Assembly (NCBI GenBank): GCA_030917925.1
Contig: JAUPTV010000232.1
Location: 7,082-71,081, forward strand
Direction of reading: 5' to 3'
Origin: Pseudomonadota bacterium
Lineage (GTDB): Bacteria; Pseudomonadota; Gammaproteobacteria; Competibacterales; Competibacteraceae
DNA length: 64,000 bases
Shown here: piece by piece, positions 10,473-20,513 of the stretch
How positions within the stretch are numbered: position 1 is the first letter of the stretch
Layout: every line of letters starts with the position of its first letter
Notes under the pieces: generated by a model
What the model was told of the DNA's origin: nothing
Seen by the model: the letters and a program-made list of their open reading frames with translations, nothing else
The model's database searches: none
Program-made: the position numbers and the translations under genes

Positions 10473-11141
10473 GTGATTAATCCGCCGCTGGCCCGGCTTG
10501 TTACCGCCCTCGGCTATTCTTTCCAGACCCCTGAACGGCTCGTCGAGGCGCTGACGCATCGCAGCGCTTCGGCGCGTAATAATGAGCGGCTGGAATTTCT
10601 CGGCGACGCCTTGCTGAACCTGATCATCGCTGAATACCTGTATCGGCAGTATCCCAAAGCCAGTGAAGGTGAATTGAGCCGGTTGCGGGCCAGCCTGGTC
10701 AAGGGCGAAACTCTGGCCGAATTGGCGCGTGAATTGAAGCTGGGCGACTGGTTGCGCATGGGGCCAGGCGAACTCAAGAGTGGCGGCTATCGGCGCGAAT
10801 CCATTTTATCCGACGCGGTTGAAGCGATTATCGGCGCGGTTTATCTGGATGGCGGTTTCGGCGCTTGCAGTGAATTGGTACTGCGCCTCTATCAGAACTG
10901 GCTGATCCGTCTGCCCAGCGCCAATGAGTTGAAAGATCCCAAAACCCGTCTGCAGGAATATTTGCAGGCGCGCCAGCGTCCCCTGCCGATTTACAACGTG
11001 CTGGAAATGCGCGGTGAGCCGCATGAGCAAAGCTTTACGGTGGAATGTGTTGTTGATGGAGCACGCACCATCGCCATTGGCAATAGCCGCCGCAAGGCCG
11101 AGCAGGAAGCCGCCCGTCAATTGTTGGAGAAGATTGAATGA
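10473..11141 (+). CDS. rnc: ribonuclease III
   Basis: 222 aa with a GTG start. It carries the RNase III signature ERLEFLGDALL and a C-terminal dsRBD. Confidence 0.93.
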   Translation: MINPPLARLVTALGYSFQTPERLVEALTHRSASARNNERLEFLGDALLNLIIAEYLYRQYPKASEGELSRLRASLVKGETLAELARELKLGDWLRMGPGELKSGGYRRESILSDAVEAIIGAVYLDGGFGACSELVLRLYQNWLIRLPSANELKDPKTRLQEYLQARQRPLPIYNVLEMRGEPHEQSFTVECVVDGARTIAIGNSRRKAEQEAARQLLEKIE

Positions 11142-12067
11142 CTGATACCCACGCCGGTTATGCCGCGCTGCTGGGCCGACCCAACGTCGGCAAATCCACG
11201 CTGCTGAACCGGCTCATCGGCCAGAAAATCAGCATCACTGCGCCTAAACCGCAAACCACCCGCCATGTCATTCTGGGCATTCAGACCTTGTCGGAAGCGC
11301 AGATTGTCTATGTGGACACGCCCGGCCTGCATCGCCAGGGTCGGCGAGCGATGAATCGTTATTTGAACCGGTCAGCCGCCAGCGTGCTGGGTTATGTCGA
11401 TGTCGTGGTGTTTCTCATCGAGGCGTTGCGCTGGACCGAGGAAGATGAGGATGTGTTGCAACGGTTGACGGAATTTGCGGGACCGGTCGTGCTGGCGGTC
11501 AACAAGGTCGACCGGATCGCGGATAAACAACGGTTATTGCCTTTCCTGCAGGAAATTGCTGGTAAACGATCCTTTGTCGAAGTGGTGCCGATGGCGGCGA
11601 TCAATGGCGATAACGTAGCGGCGCTGGAACAGGCTATCGTCGGCCTGTTGCCGCAACAGGAGTTCCTGTTCCCACCAGACCAGATCACCACTTCCAGCGA
11701 ACGCTTTCTGGCCGCTGAACTGATTCGCGAGAAGCTGACCCGCCTGTTGCGTGAAGAACTGCCCTACGCCCTGACTGTAGAAATTGAACACTTTGTCGAA
11801 GAAGGTCGGCTGACGCGCATTTATGCGGTGATCTGGGTTGAACGGGCCAGTCAGAAAGGCATTGTGATTGGCGATAAGGGCGCAACCTTGCGGGAAGTGG
11901 GGCGTCAGGCCCGCCAGGATCTGGAGCGTCTGCTGGATCGCAAGGTCTATCTGGAAACCTGGGTCAAGGTGCGCGAAGGCTGGTCCGATGACGAACGGGC
12001 CTTGCAGAGTCTCGGCTATGCCGAGGCCGGTATCGGGAATCGGCCACTACCGACGGCTGACCACTGA
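11138..12067 (+). CDS. era: GTPase Era
   Basis: 309 aa with G1 GRPNVGKSTLLN, DTPG and NKVD motifs and a KH domain. ATGA overlap with rnc. Confidence 0.93.
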   Translation: MTDTHAGYAALLGRPNVGKSTLLNRLIGQKISITAPKPQTTRHVILGIQTLSEAQIVYVDTPGLHRQGRRAMNRYLNRSAASVLGYVDVVVFLIEALRWTEEDEDVLQRLTEFAGPVVLAVNKVDRIADKQRLLPFLQEIAGKRSFVEVVPMAAINGDNVAALEQAIVGLLPQQEFLFPPDQITTSSERFLAAELIREKLTRLLREELPYALTVEIEHFVEEGRLTRIYAVIWVERASQKGIVIGDKGATLREVGRQARQDLERLLDRKVYLETWVKVREGWSDDERALQSLGYAEAGIGNRPLPTADH

Positions 12068-12086
12068 CTACGAGTCACTGGCTCCC

Positions 12087-12788
12087 GTGCGTGTTCTGCT
12101 GCAACCGGCTTTTATCCTGCACCGCCGTCCCTATCGCGACACCAGTTTGCTACTGGAAGCCTTCAGCCGTGAGTATGGCCGGTTGGGACTGATTGCCCGA
12201 GGTGCGGCGTCTTCCCGGTCGCGGTTGAAGGGTCTGCTGCAACCCTTCACCCCCCTGCTGTTGTCCTGGATGGGCGATGGCGATCTGGCGACTCTGCATG
12301 GCGGCGAGGAAGCCGGGCGACCTATTTCGCTATTACAGAACCGGGCGCTGGCCGGACTTTATGTCAATGAGTTGCTGGTGCGCCTGTTGCCGCGCCGGGA
12401 TGTGCAACCGGACCTGTTCGCGGTCTATGAAACCCTGTTGACGGAACTGGCGGCCGCGCCGGATGAAGAGCCGCCCTTGCGGCGCTTTGAAAAGCGGTTG
12501 CTGGAGGAGTTGGGTTATGGACTTAGCCTCGACCGTGAAGTCGCCAGCGGTCAGCCCATCGTCGCGGAAGCGCATTACCGCTACATCCTGGACCAGGGGC
12601 CACTGGCCGCTGACCGTACTGGGGAAGGCGTGCCGATCTCTGGTCAGGGATTACTGGCCTTACGCGAGGGCTTGTTCACCGATCCGGCGGTGCTGAAAGA
12701 AGTCAAACGGCTGACTCGCGCCGCGCTCGCTGAACAGTTGCAGGGACGAGCGCTGAAAACGCGGGAGCTGTATCGGCCCGGCAAGTAG
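12087..12788 (+). CDS. recO: DNA repair protein RecO
   Basis: The track ORF 11868-12788 overlaps era. A GTG at 12087 gives VRVLLQPAFILHRRPYRDTSLLLEAF, the typical RecO N-terminus. Position after era fits. Confidence 0.8.
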   Translation: MRVLLQPAFILHRRPYRDTSLLLEAFSREYGRLGLIARGAASSRSRLKGLLQPFTPLLLSWMGDGDLATLHGGEEAGRPISLLQNRALAGLYVNELLVRLLPRRDVQPDLFAVYETLLTELAAAPDEEPPLRRFEKRLLEELGYGLSLDREVASGQPIVAEAHYRYILDQGPLAADRTGEGVPISGQGLLALREGLFTDPAVLKEVKRLTRAALAEQLQGRALKTRELYRPGK

Positions 12789-12816
12789 TTCTTCTGACGC
12801 GATATCCGGTCTACAC

Positions 12817-12846
12817 CTTGAATTCCCTTAAATCACTACCATTTCA
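12817..12846 (+). promoter_or_regulatory. sigma-32 (heat-shock)-like promoter of clpB
   Basis: CCTTGAA ends at 12822. After a 16-nt spacer, CCATTTCA follows at 12839-12846. This resembles the consensus CCCTTGAA-N13-17-CCCCATNT. It lies about 35 nt upstream of the clpB ATG. Confidence 0.5.
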
Positions 12847-12880
12847 CAGGGAAATCGTATCATCAAAGGGGTAGCTACCC

Positions 12881-15481
12881 ATGCGTATGGACAAACTGAC
12901 GAACAAGTTTCAACAGGCCCTGAGTGACGCCCAAAGTCTGGCGGTCGGCCGGGATCATCAATTCATCGAACCGACGCATGTCCTGGCGGCGCTCCTCGAT
13001 CAGGAAGGCGGCACGGTGCGGCCCCTGCTCGCTCAGGCCGATGTCAACCTGAAACTGCTGCGCTCGCAACTCAACGCAGCGCTGGACCGTCTGCCGCAAG
13101 TCACCGGGACCGGCGGCGATGTGCAAATCTCCAATGCCCTGTCCCGGTTGCTGAACCTGACCGACAAACTCGCCCAGCAACGCAAGGACGCCTACATCAG
13201 TTCCGAACTGTTCGTGCTGGCGGCGCTGGAGGACAAGGGCGAACTGGGCGCACTGCTGCAAAAAGCGGGCGTCACCAAAAGCCTGATTGAACGGGGTATC
13301 GACGCCCTGCGCGGCGGCCAGAAGGTTGACGACCAGAACGCCGAAGATCAGCGGCTGTCGTTAGATAAGTACACCATCGATCTCACCGAACGCGCCGAAC
13401 AGGGCAAGCTGGACCCGGTGATTGGCCGCGATGATGAAATTCGCCGCACGATTCAAGTCTTGCAACGGCGCACCAAGAATAATCCGGTCCTGATTGGCGA
13501 ACCCGGCGTGGGCAAAACCGCCATTGTCGAGGGTCTGGCCCAGCGCATCATCAATGGCGAAGTCCCGGAGGGTTTGAAAAGCAAGCGGGTCTTGGCGCTG
13601 GACATGGGTTCGTTGATCGCCGGTGCCAAGTTTCGCGGCGAATTCGAGGAACGGCTCAAGGCGGTGCTGAAAGACCTGTCCAAGCAGGAAGGGCAAATTA
13701 TCCTGTTCATCGATGAGCTGCACACCATGGTCGGCGCGGGCAAGGCCGAAGGCGCGATGGACGCCGGTAATATGCTCAAACCGGCGCTGGCGCGGGGCGA
13801 ACTGCACTGCATCGGCGCGACGACGCTGGATGAATACCGCAAGTATGTCGAAAAGGACGCGGCGCTGGAGCGGCGCTTTCAAAAAGTGCTGGTCAACGAG
13901 CCGAGCGTCGAGGACACCATCGCTATTCTGCGCGGGTTGAATGAGCGCTACGAAGTGCATCACGGCGTGGAAATTACTGACCCGGCTATCGTCGCCGCCG
14001 CGATACTGTCGCACCGCTATATCACTGACCGCAATTTACCCGATAAAGCTATCGATCTAGTGGATGAAGCGGGCAGTCGCATTCGTATGGAAATCGACTC
14101 CAAGCCGGAGGAAATGGACCGGCTGGAACGACGACTGATCCAGCTCAAGATCGAGCGCGAAGCGTTGAAAAAAGAGAGCGACGAAGCTTCCCGGAAACGG
14201 CTGGACCTGCTGGAGCAGGAAATCGCCAAGCTGGAGCGTGAGTTCCACGATCTGGAAGAAGTCTGGAAAGCCGAAAAACTGGCGTTGAACGGTTCGGCGC
14301 AGGTCAAGGAGGAACTGGAACGGGCGCGGCTGGAACTGGATACGGCACGGCGGGCGGGCGATCTGGCGCGAATGTCGGAATTAACCTATGGCCGGATTCC
14401 CGACCTGGATCGTCGGCTGGCGCAGGCGACGGCGGCGGAGACCGGTCAATTCAAACTGTTGCGTAACAAAGTGACCGAGGAAGAAATCGCCGAAGTGGTT
14501 TCCAAATGGACCGGCATTCCGGTCTCCAAAATGCTGGAAGGTGAGCGCGAGAAACTGTTGCGCATGGAGGACGCGATTGAGTTGCGGGTCGTCGGTCAGG
14601 ATGATGCGGTCAAGGCGGTCTGCGATGCCATTCGCCGCTCCCGCGCCGGATTGTCCGATCCCCGTCGGCCCAACGGCTCGTTCCTGTTCCTGGGTCCTAC
14701 CGGCGTGGGTAAAACCGAATTGTGCAAAGCGCTGGCGGCGTTCCTGTTCGATACCGAAGAAGCAATGATCCGTATCGACATGTCGGAATTCATGGAGAAG
14801 CACTCGGTCGCTCGAATGATTGGCGCACCGCCCGGCTATGTCGGTTATGAGGAAGGCGGTTATCTGACCGAAGCGGTGCGGCGGCGGCCCTACAGCGTGA
14901 TCCTGCTCGATGAGGTGGAAAAGGCGCATCACGACGTGTTCAACGTGCTGTTGCAAGTCCTGGATGATGGGCGATTGACTGATGGCCATGGGCGGACCGT
15001 CGATTTTCGTAACACCGTCATCGTGATGACCTCCAATCTGGGTTCGCAGATGATTCAGGAACTGGCCGCGCAGGATAATTACCCGCTAATGAAGAGCATG
15101 GTGATGGCACAGGTGGCCGATCATTTCCGTCCGGAGTTCATCAACCGTATTGATGAAGTCGTGGTTTTCCATCCGCTGGACCGGGGACAAATCCGGGCGA
15201 TTGCCGATATTCAGATCGGCTATTTGCGGCAGCGACTGGCAGACCGGCAGATGGCTCTCGACGTCAGTGAAGCGGCACTGGACTGGCTGGGAGAGGCCGG
15301 GTTTGATCCGGTCTATGGGGCGCGGCCGTTGAAACGGGCGATTCAGCAGGGGCTGGAAAATCCCCTGGCGCGGCGGATTCTGGCGGGTGAGTTCGGCCCC
15401 GACGATACGGTGGTAGTGGATGCCGGGGGCGACGGGTTGACATTTGGCAAGCGATCCCTGTCGCTGACCAAAGGGCGCTGA
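12881..15481 (+). CDS. clpB: ATP-dependent chaperone/disaggregase ClpB
   Basis: 866 aa with two AAA+ modules ([15 protein letters not shown]; [15 protein letters not shown]) and a long coiled-coil M-domain between them. Confidence 0.96.
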   Translation: MRMDKLTNKFQQALSDAQSLAVGRDHQFIEPTHVLAALLDQEGGTVRPLLAQADVNLKLLRSQLNAALDRLPQVTGTGGDVQISNALSRLLNLTDKLAQQRKDAYISSELFVLAALEDKGELGALLQKAGVTKSLIERGIDALRGGQKVDDQNAEDQRLSLDKYTIDLTERAEQGKLDPVIGRDDEIRRTIQVLQRRTKNNPVLIGEPGVGKTAIVEGLAQRIINGEVPEGLKSKRVLALDMGSLIAGAKFRGEFEERLKAVLKDLSKQEGQIILFIDELHTMVGAGKAEGAMDAGNMLKPALARGELHCIGATTLDEYRKYVEKDAALERRFQKVLVNEPSVEDTIAILRGLNERYEVHHGVEITDPAIVAAAILSHRYITDRNLPDKAIDLVDEAGSRIRMEIDSKPEEMDRLERRLIQLKIEREALKKESDEASRKRLDLLEQEIAKLEREFHDLEEVWKAEKLALNGSAQVKEELERARLELDTARRAGDLARMSELTYGRIPDLDRRLAQATAAETGQFKLLRNKVTEEEIAEVVSKWTGIPVSKMLEGEREKLLRMEDAIELRVVGQDDAVKAVCDAIRRSRAGLSDPRRPNGSFLFLGPTGVGKTELCKALAAFLFDTEEAMIRIDMSEFMEKHSVARMIGAPPGYVGYEEGGYLTEAVRRRPYSVILLDEVEKAHHDVFNVLLQVLDDGRLTDGHGRTVDFRNTVIVMTSNLGSQMIQELAAQDNYPLMKSMVMAQVADHFRPEFINRIDEVVVFHPLDRGQIRAIADIQIGYLRQRLADRQMALDVSEAALDWLGEAGFDPVYGARPLKRAIQQGLENPLARRILAGEFGPDDTVVVDAGGDGLTFGKRSLSLTKGR

Positions 15482-15576
15482 CCTTTTACACCAGTCGCCG
15501 GATCATTCGGCGATAAAAAATTTCTTTCTATCGCGGTCTCACTGCGACGCTACCTGTCGCGATCCCCTTGTACCTT

Positions 15577-15610
15577 GGTCTCCAGTTCATCACTCAGTCG
15601 ACTGGAGACC
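15577..15610 (+). promoter_or_regulatory. perfect 9-bp hairpin occluding the Shine-Dalgarno of the AAA_5 gene
   Basis: GGTCTCCAG (15577-15585) pairs with CTGGAGACC (15602-15610). The 3' arm contains the only GGAG, 5 nt before the ATG at 15615. Confidence 0.35.
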
Positions 15611-15614
15611 TCTT

Positions 15615-18578
15615 ATGGCCGAATTCACCTCCTCGCCCTCGCCTGCGGTAAAGCCAGGCCTGCGTATCATCTCCTCCCTGTCCTCCATCGCCCGACCGCT
15701 CACTGAGCGCATTCGGGAGACCGGCAGTTATTCGGTAGAACGTGCCAGTAGCACCACTCACTGTTATGAACTACGGCTGCAACCCGGCATTCTGTCCAGC
15801 GATGTACAGAATTTGCTCAACAGTCTCCGCCCCTTTCAGCCGCCGATCATCCCGGACGCCGATATTTCCGGCGACATCGTGGCCGAGCTACATCTGGGCG
15901 ATCATCACCGATTTCGGCACTGGGATCTGCAAATCCATAGTGATTCACCGATCCTGACTGACGCCCTCCGCAAGGGATTAAACAGTCTACAGTTCGACAC
16001 AAAAACCCTGACGGAACACCACGGTCCCCAGGATCGTAGCCAGATTCAATTTGGCGGCGCGTCAGCCCTGGTTCGCCATGCAATTCAATGGCTGGCTGAA
16101 CCATTGGGCGTTACCTTCGCCGAGAATAAGGAGTGGGATGAACCGGACAATGACATCTATATCTATATCAAGGATCCCTCAACCCAGCCGCTGCCCCAGC
16201 GTTTCCGTGTGCTCATCCAAACCGATGCCCTGGAGGCCGCCCAAGAATTGGCGCAGCAACTACGGGAAGATGGATTCAGCGACATCGCGATTGAAACCCT
16301 GACCGCAGAAGCCGCCATCGACGCCAAATTGTTGATCGAAATGGGGCCTTTCGCTAATACCCCGTTTGCCCACCGCTTACAGGCGCGGACGCAACAGTTC
16401 ATCGCCCAGCGCGGCGTTGATCCCCTTCGCTATCCGCTCGATGTGGAAAACCACAGTGAGTCCAGCACCCGCCAGGCTCAAGTCACGTTACCACTGGCCG
16501 CGTGCATCGACCGCCGTCGTCCGGCGTATGATGGCCCCGACCTGGAACGCTTCGAAATCGCCATTCGCACCGATCAGGCCGGCCATCCCACCATTCAGAA
16601 ACTGGCCATCACCCTCCGCGCTCTGGGCTTCAAAGCCGTGAAAATTTGTAGCTCCAGTCCGAACCCGGACAACGAGGATTTGCCGGACCTGGATGCAGAC
16701 GACGACACCTTCGATATCGACGACCTGGCCGACCTGCTGCAGGACGATGACGAGACCGATCAACTGGTCGGGTTCCGCATCATCTGGAATGCGGTACAGT
16801 CTCACCCGGAAGTCGCTGACCGCATCCGCCCGATCCTGCATCAGGCAATGACCACACTCCACGCTTTGCCACGTTATCCCTTGCGGGAAGAAGAGGGGGA
16901 CGAAGACCGGGATTCGGTCAAAATCAAGATTGATTTTCCCGTTGAGGGCATTCAAAGCGGCGAACGACCAGAATCCCTGTGGTACCGCCTGCGTGTGGAT
17001 ACCCCGAACCCGGAGCGCCTGGCCCCGCTCATGGATGAACTCCACACCTGGGGATTCCTCGGCTGCCAGATCATCCAGGAACGCCGACCCGGTGGCCTGG
17101 AACCCACGATTACTTATGGTGGCGCACCCCGGGAACTGATCGACCGCATCCGCGCCAGTGTGCAGGAACAGACGGGGCTTGACCCGGAACCCGCCAAGGA
17201 ATGGGGAAGTGAGGATCGGGATATCTGGGTGCATCTGCCGGATCGGGCGCAGCAACCCACCGTCAATCGGGAAGCGGTGGCGGTCGCGATGGATCACTGG
17301 TTCCCGGAGCAACCCCCGATCCGCGACTTGATCGAGATCACTGCCAGCACCGTCCGGGTTGGCGAAATCACTCTGGAGCGCCGGCCTGGCTCTCATCATG
17401 CAATGGCCCCGTCGCGGGAGGCTTTCGTCCACTACTGCCTCGATGGGAATACCGCAGAGACGTTGCTGCATATTGCCGCCAGTGTCGTCCTCGGTGAACC
17501 CTGCCTGCTGGAAGGGGAAACCAGCACCTCCAAAACCAGCGCTATCCTCTATCTGGCGGCACTGCTCAATCAGCCGGTGATCCGCATCAATCTGAATGGC
17601 CAAACCGATACTGGCGAACTGGTCGGGCGCTATGTGCCACGGGCGCTGGAAACGGATCTGCCAATACCCACGGAAGAATTGCGCGAACTCGAAGAACTGT
17701 TAGAGCCGGAAACCCGGTTGATTCTGAACCGCGCCGCCGGGGAGCAGCGCGCCCTGACTCGCGCTGAGGTGCAGCAGGTCATGGCCAATGAACGGATGCG
17801 CAGTCATCCCTGGCGCTGGCAGGACGGTCCGGTGATTGAGGCGATCCGGCAGGGCTGGTGGGTGATTTTGGACGAACTGAATCTGGCGGAACCGCAGATT
17901 CTGGAGCGGTTGAACTCGCTGCTGGAGCGCGAGCCGACACTGGTCCTGACGGAACACGACTACCGCGTTTACGGCAATGGCGGGGAACCGATTCATGCCC
18001 ACTTCCGCATTTTCGCCACGATGAACCCGGCGGAATACGCGGGCCGTTCCATGCTCAGCCCGGCGTATCGCAACCGCTGGCAGGGGTTCCGGCAGGCGGA
18101 TAAACCCAGTGAACAGGATTATGGGCAGATGATGCGGTTCCTGGCCTCTGGCGCACAACCAGCCACCTGCCTGTTGGGGCAGGGTTATCAGGGCGGTCAG
18201 GGTCAACCCTCGCACCCAGCGCTCAATATCCCGGAATGGACGACGCGGCTCCCCTCGCTGGTACGCTTCCATGTCGCCCTGGAACGCGCCAGTGGTCAGG
18301 GGGACGGGCCAGCCCGGTTGGGCGCACGGCGGCGGGAACGCTATATCTTCACCCGGCGGGATTTGCTCAGTGTCCTGGATTATCTGGCTCGTGCCCCGGT
18401 GGTGGGTCAGACTGATCCTGATCTCGCCCTGCGCACCGCGATTCATCGTTACTACCTGAGCCGCGTCACCACTGGGGAAGATCAGCAGACGGTGTTGCAA
18501 CTCCTGGAAGCGAATGGCTTTGCGCCAGCGGGATCGCCTGAGCGGCGTATCTCGCACCCCCTGCCCAGGTCCCGGTAG
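15615..18578 (+). CDS. large protein: uncharacterised repeat-containing N-terminal region (~630 aa) + C-terminal AAA_5 ATPase (midasin/CbbQ/NorQ/CobS clade)
   Basis: 987 aa. The Walker A-like motif is LLEGETSTSKTS (17514-17537). Walker B is WWVILDELNLAEPQILERLNSLLE (D-E at 17871-17876). FRIFATMNPAEYAGRSMLSPAYRNRW is the AAA_5 sensor/arginine region. Confidence 0.75.
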   Translation: MAEFTSSPSPAVKPGLRIISSLSSIARPLTERIRETGSYSVERASSTTHCYELRLQPGILSSDVQNLLNSLRPFQPPIIPDADISGDIVAELHLGDHHRFRHWDLQIHSDSPILTDALRKGLNSLQFDTKTLTEHHGPQDRSQIQFGGASALVRHAIQWLAEPLGVTFAENKEWDEPDNDIYIYIKDPSTQPLPQRFRVLIQTDALEAAQELAQQLREDGFSDIAIETLTAEAAIDAKLLIEMGPFANTPFAHRLQARTQQFIAQRGVDPLRYPLDVENHSESSTRQAQVTLPLAACIDRRRPAYDGPDLERFEIAIRTDQAGHPTIQKLAITLRALGFKAVKICSSSPNPDNEDLPDLDADDDTFDIDDLADLLQDDDETDQLVGFRIIWNAVQSHPEVADRIRPILHQAMTTLHALPRYPLREEEGDEDRDSVKIKIDFPVEGIQSGERPESLWYRLRVDTPNPERLAPLMDELHTWGFLGCQIIQERRPGGLEPTITYGGAPRELIDRIRASVQEQTGLDPEPAKEWGSEDRDIWVHLPDRAQQPTVNREAVAVAMDHWFPEQPPIRDLIEITASTVRVGEITLERRPGSHHAMAPSREAFVHYCLDGNTAETLLHIAASVVLGEPCLLEGETSTSKTSAILYLAALLNQPVIRINLNGQTDTGELVGRYVPRALETDLPIPTEELRELEELLEPETRLILNRAAGEQRALTRAEVQQVMANERMRSHPWRWQDGPVIEAIRQGWWVILDELNLAEPQILERLNSLLEREPTLVLTEHDYRVYGNGGEPIHAHFRIFATMNPAEYAGRSMLSPAYRNRWQGFRQADKPSEQDYGQMMRFLASGAQPATCLLGQGYQGGQGQPSHPALNIPEWTTRLPSLVRFHVALERASGQGDGPARLGARRRERYIFTRRDLLSVLDYLARAPVVGQTDPDLALRTAIHRYYLSRVTTGEDQQTVLQLLEANGFAPAGSPERRISHPLPRSR

Positions 18579-18603
18579 CCACGACTTATTGAGGAGGATG
18601 ATC

Positions 18604-20478
18604 ATGCCCACAATTTCTGAATACGTCCGGCAACTGAACGCACTGGCGGCGGGGCTTTGCTACGATGCACAAATCCAGGTGGAAGCAACCGCCAGCCATG
18701 GGTGGTGCTACGATCCGGTGCGCCGGGTGATCCAGGTCAGCGCGAAAGATTTAGAACAACAAGGCCCGGTGTATTGCGCGGGCATCCTCGCCCACGAAGC
18801 TGGCCATGCCCTGATCAGCCGCTATTCGCTGTTCACGTTGCCAGAGTCGCCGCCGGTGGTCGGCCATGGTGATTTAACCCACCTGGCGTTGCTCAAACTG
18901 CTGAATGCGCTTGAAGATCCCCGGGTTGAATACTGGATGGCCCAGCGCTATCCCGGTTGTCGCGGCTGGTTTGCCGAGGTGGATGGTGCGACCGCCCTGC
19001 AACCGACGCCGCTGCCCGATGGTCTCCCGGACTTCCTGCGCTTTGGTGCGGAATGCGCCCGGGAATGGGTGTTGGACTGGCAGGCGGCCCCAGAAGCCTT
19101 CGCGGTTCCTGCACGCATCGCCGAGACGCTGGACACCACCCGTGCCGCACGCCGCCGCTATGCCGAGGCGATGCTGCCGCCGGTGACGCTGGACGCCGCT
19201 GACCTCGATCCGGCTTTGTTAGTGACCTATCCCCACCATATCTGGTCCCGGCTCAATGCCCCGGTGCGTATCCGCGCCTGGCCGAGTCGCTGGGAACAGG
19301 GTATTCAACATTATGCTTGGCAAGCCGCTGAATTTGCGCACACGGCTATCGTCCCGACCGGGTTGCGGTGGCTGGAGCGCGATGTTCAGCGCTTGGCCAC
19401 CGGTCTGCAGGCGGATCGCAACGCCTGGCGACAGGCTTTGGCAATTCGTGATCAGCGTGATTCACCCGCCGCGACCGCCTTGGTGATGACTATGCTGGCG
19501 GCGCATCCGGAACCGGGTGTAGCGCCACCGACCGGGCAGCGACTGGCGGCGGATGTGCTGTATCTCATGCTGGCGAAACTATCAAAGGAAGAAGACGATT
19601 GGGGGATAACCCCACCGCCTGCACCGCCGCCTCAAGAATTCCGGTACCAACCACGCCCGCGTGGCGCTCCGCCGCTGGAATCTGTCGATGCCTATGAGCA
19701 GGCGCGACTGCGGGTTGCCTCACAGATTGATGCCTTCACTGCCCAGGTGGAGCAGATTCTCCAGCCGTGTCGCCGGTTGCATGACCAGGCAGGTTATCCG
19801 AGCGGCTATCGTCTGGACCTGCGCCGGGTGATGGGCTTTGAAGCCGATGCTCGTTGTTACCATCAACTGTGGCGACGCAAAAATATTCCGGATCGGCGTG
19901 ATGCGGCGGTATTCCTGCTGGTTGATCTGTCCGGTTCGATGCAAGGTCCCAAGAGCGAGGCAGCGCTGCTAGGGACGGTGTTGGTGGTCGAGACCCTGCA
20001 TCGGCTGGGCGTCCCGCTGGCGGTTGCCGGCTTTCAGGATGAGCTGATTCTATTTCTGGATTTTGCGGATACGCTGGATGCGGAACGGCAACAGGCGCTG
20101 GCGTCGCTGCCGCTGGAAGTCAGTGGAACCCGCCCCGGTGGACATAACCGCGAGCGGTATAACGATGATGGTCCGTGCCTGCTGGCCGCTGCGGAACGGT
20201 TACTGGCGCAGCCTGCCAGTGATCATATTCTGGTGGCGATCAGCGATGGCCGACCGGAGGGCCGTCGCTCGAATGCACAGGATTTACATGATGCGATTGC
20301 CCGGTTGCGCGATGAACCGGGTTTAAGCCTGATCGGGGTGGGGCTGGGACCGAACACGGATCATGTGACCGAGTATTACCCTGATGCTGTGGCGGATGTG
20401 CCAATTCCTGAATTCGCGGAGCGCATTGGCGAGTTGCTGGAGCGAGTGCTGGTGGGCGGAATGGCGGAAGTGGGTTAG
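18604..20478 (+). CDS. vWA (CobT/NorD/CbbO-type) protein with N-terminal HExxH metallopeptidase-like motif
   Basis: The ATG at 18604 follows GAGGAGG (18591-18597). The motif is AGILAHEAGHALISRY (HExxH at 18793-18807), followed by LNALEDPRVE. The C-terminal vWA has MIDAS VDLSGSM (19924-19938), NDDG and ISDGRPEG motifs. Confidence 0.75.
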   Translation: MPTISEYVRQLNALAAGLCYDAQIQVEATASHGWCYDPVRRVIQVSAKDLEQQGPVYCAGILAHEAGHALISRYSLFTLPESPPVVGHGDLTHLALLKLLNALEDPRVEYWMAQRYPGCRGWFAEVDGATALQPTPLPDGLPDFLRFGAECAREWVLDWQAAPEAFAVPARIAETLDTTRAARRRYAEAMLPPVTLDAADLDPALLVTYPHHIWSRLNAPVRIRAWPSRWEQGIQHYAWQAAEFAHTAIVPTGLRWLERDVQRLATGLQADRNAWRQALAIRDQRDSPAATALVMTMLAAHPEPGVAPPTGQRLAADVLYLMLAKLSKEEDDWGITPPPAPPPQEFRYQPRPRGAPPLESVDAYEQARLRVASQIDAFTAQVEQILQPCRRLHDQAGYPSGYRLDLRRVMGFEADARCYHQLWRRKNIPDRRDAAVFLLVDLSGSMQGPKSEAALLGTVLVVETLHRLGVPLAVAGFQDELILFLDFADTLDAERQQALASLPLEVSGTRPGGHNRERYNDDGPCLLAAAERLLAQPASDHILVAISDGRPEGRRSNAQDLHDAIARLRDEPGLSLIGVGLGPNTDHVTEYYPDAVADVPIPEFAERIGELLERVLVGGMAEVG

Positions 20479-20513
20479 GCAACATTTTCAAAGTCGAAAG
20501 GAGCAATGTTCTT

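Noticed and set aside
11868-12086. The N-terminal extension of the recO ORF (track start 11868), which overlaps era by 200 nt.
   Set aside because: The extension is Arg/Trp/Cys-rich with no RecO similarity. The conserved RecO N-terminus begins at the GTG at 12087, just after the era stop.
16488-17603. Long antisense or alternative-frame ORFs inside real genes. Examples are 880-1578(-), 16488-17603(-), 17700-18611(-), 32809-33816(+), 37835-38494(+), 43899-44732(+) and 62075-62971(+).
   Set aside because: They are typical shadow ORFs of a high-GC genome. Their composition is Arg/Pro/Gly/Ala-rich and low-complexity, with no motifs. Each fully overlaps a gene with strong family signatures on the other strand or frame.
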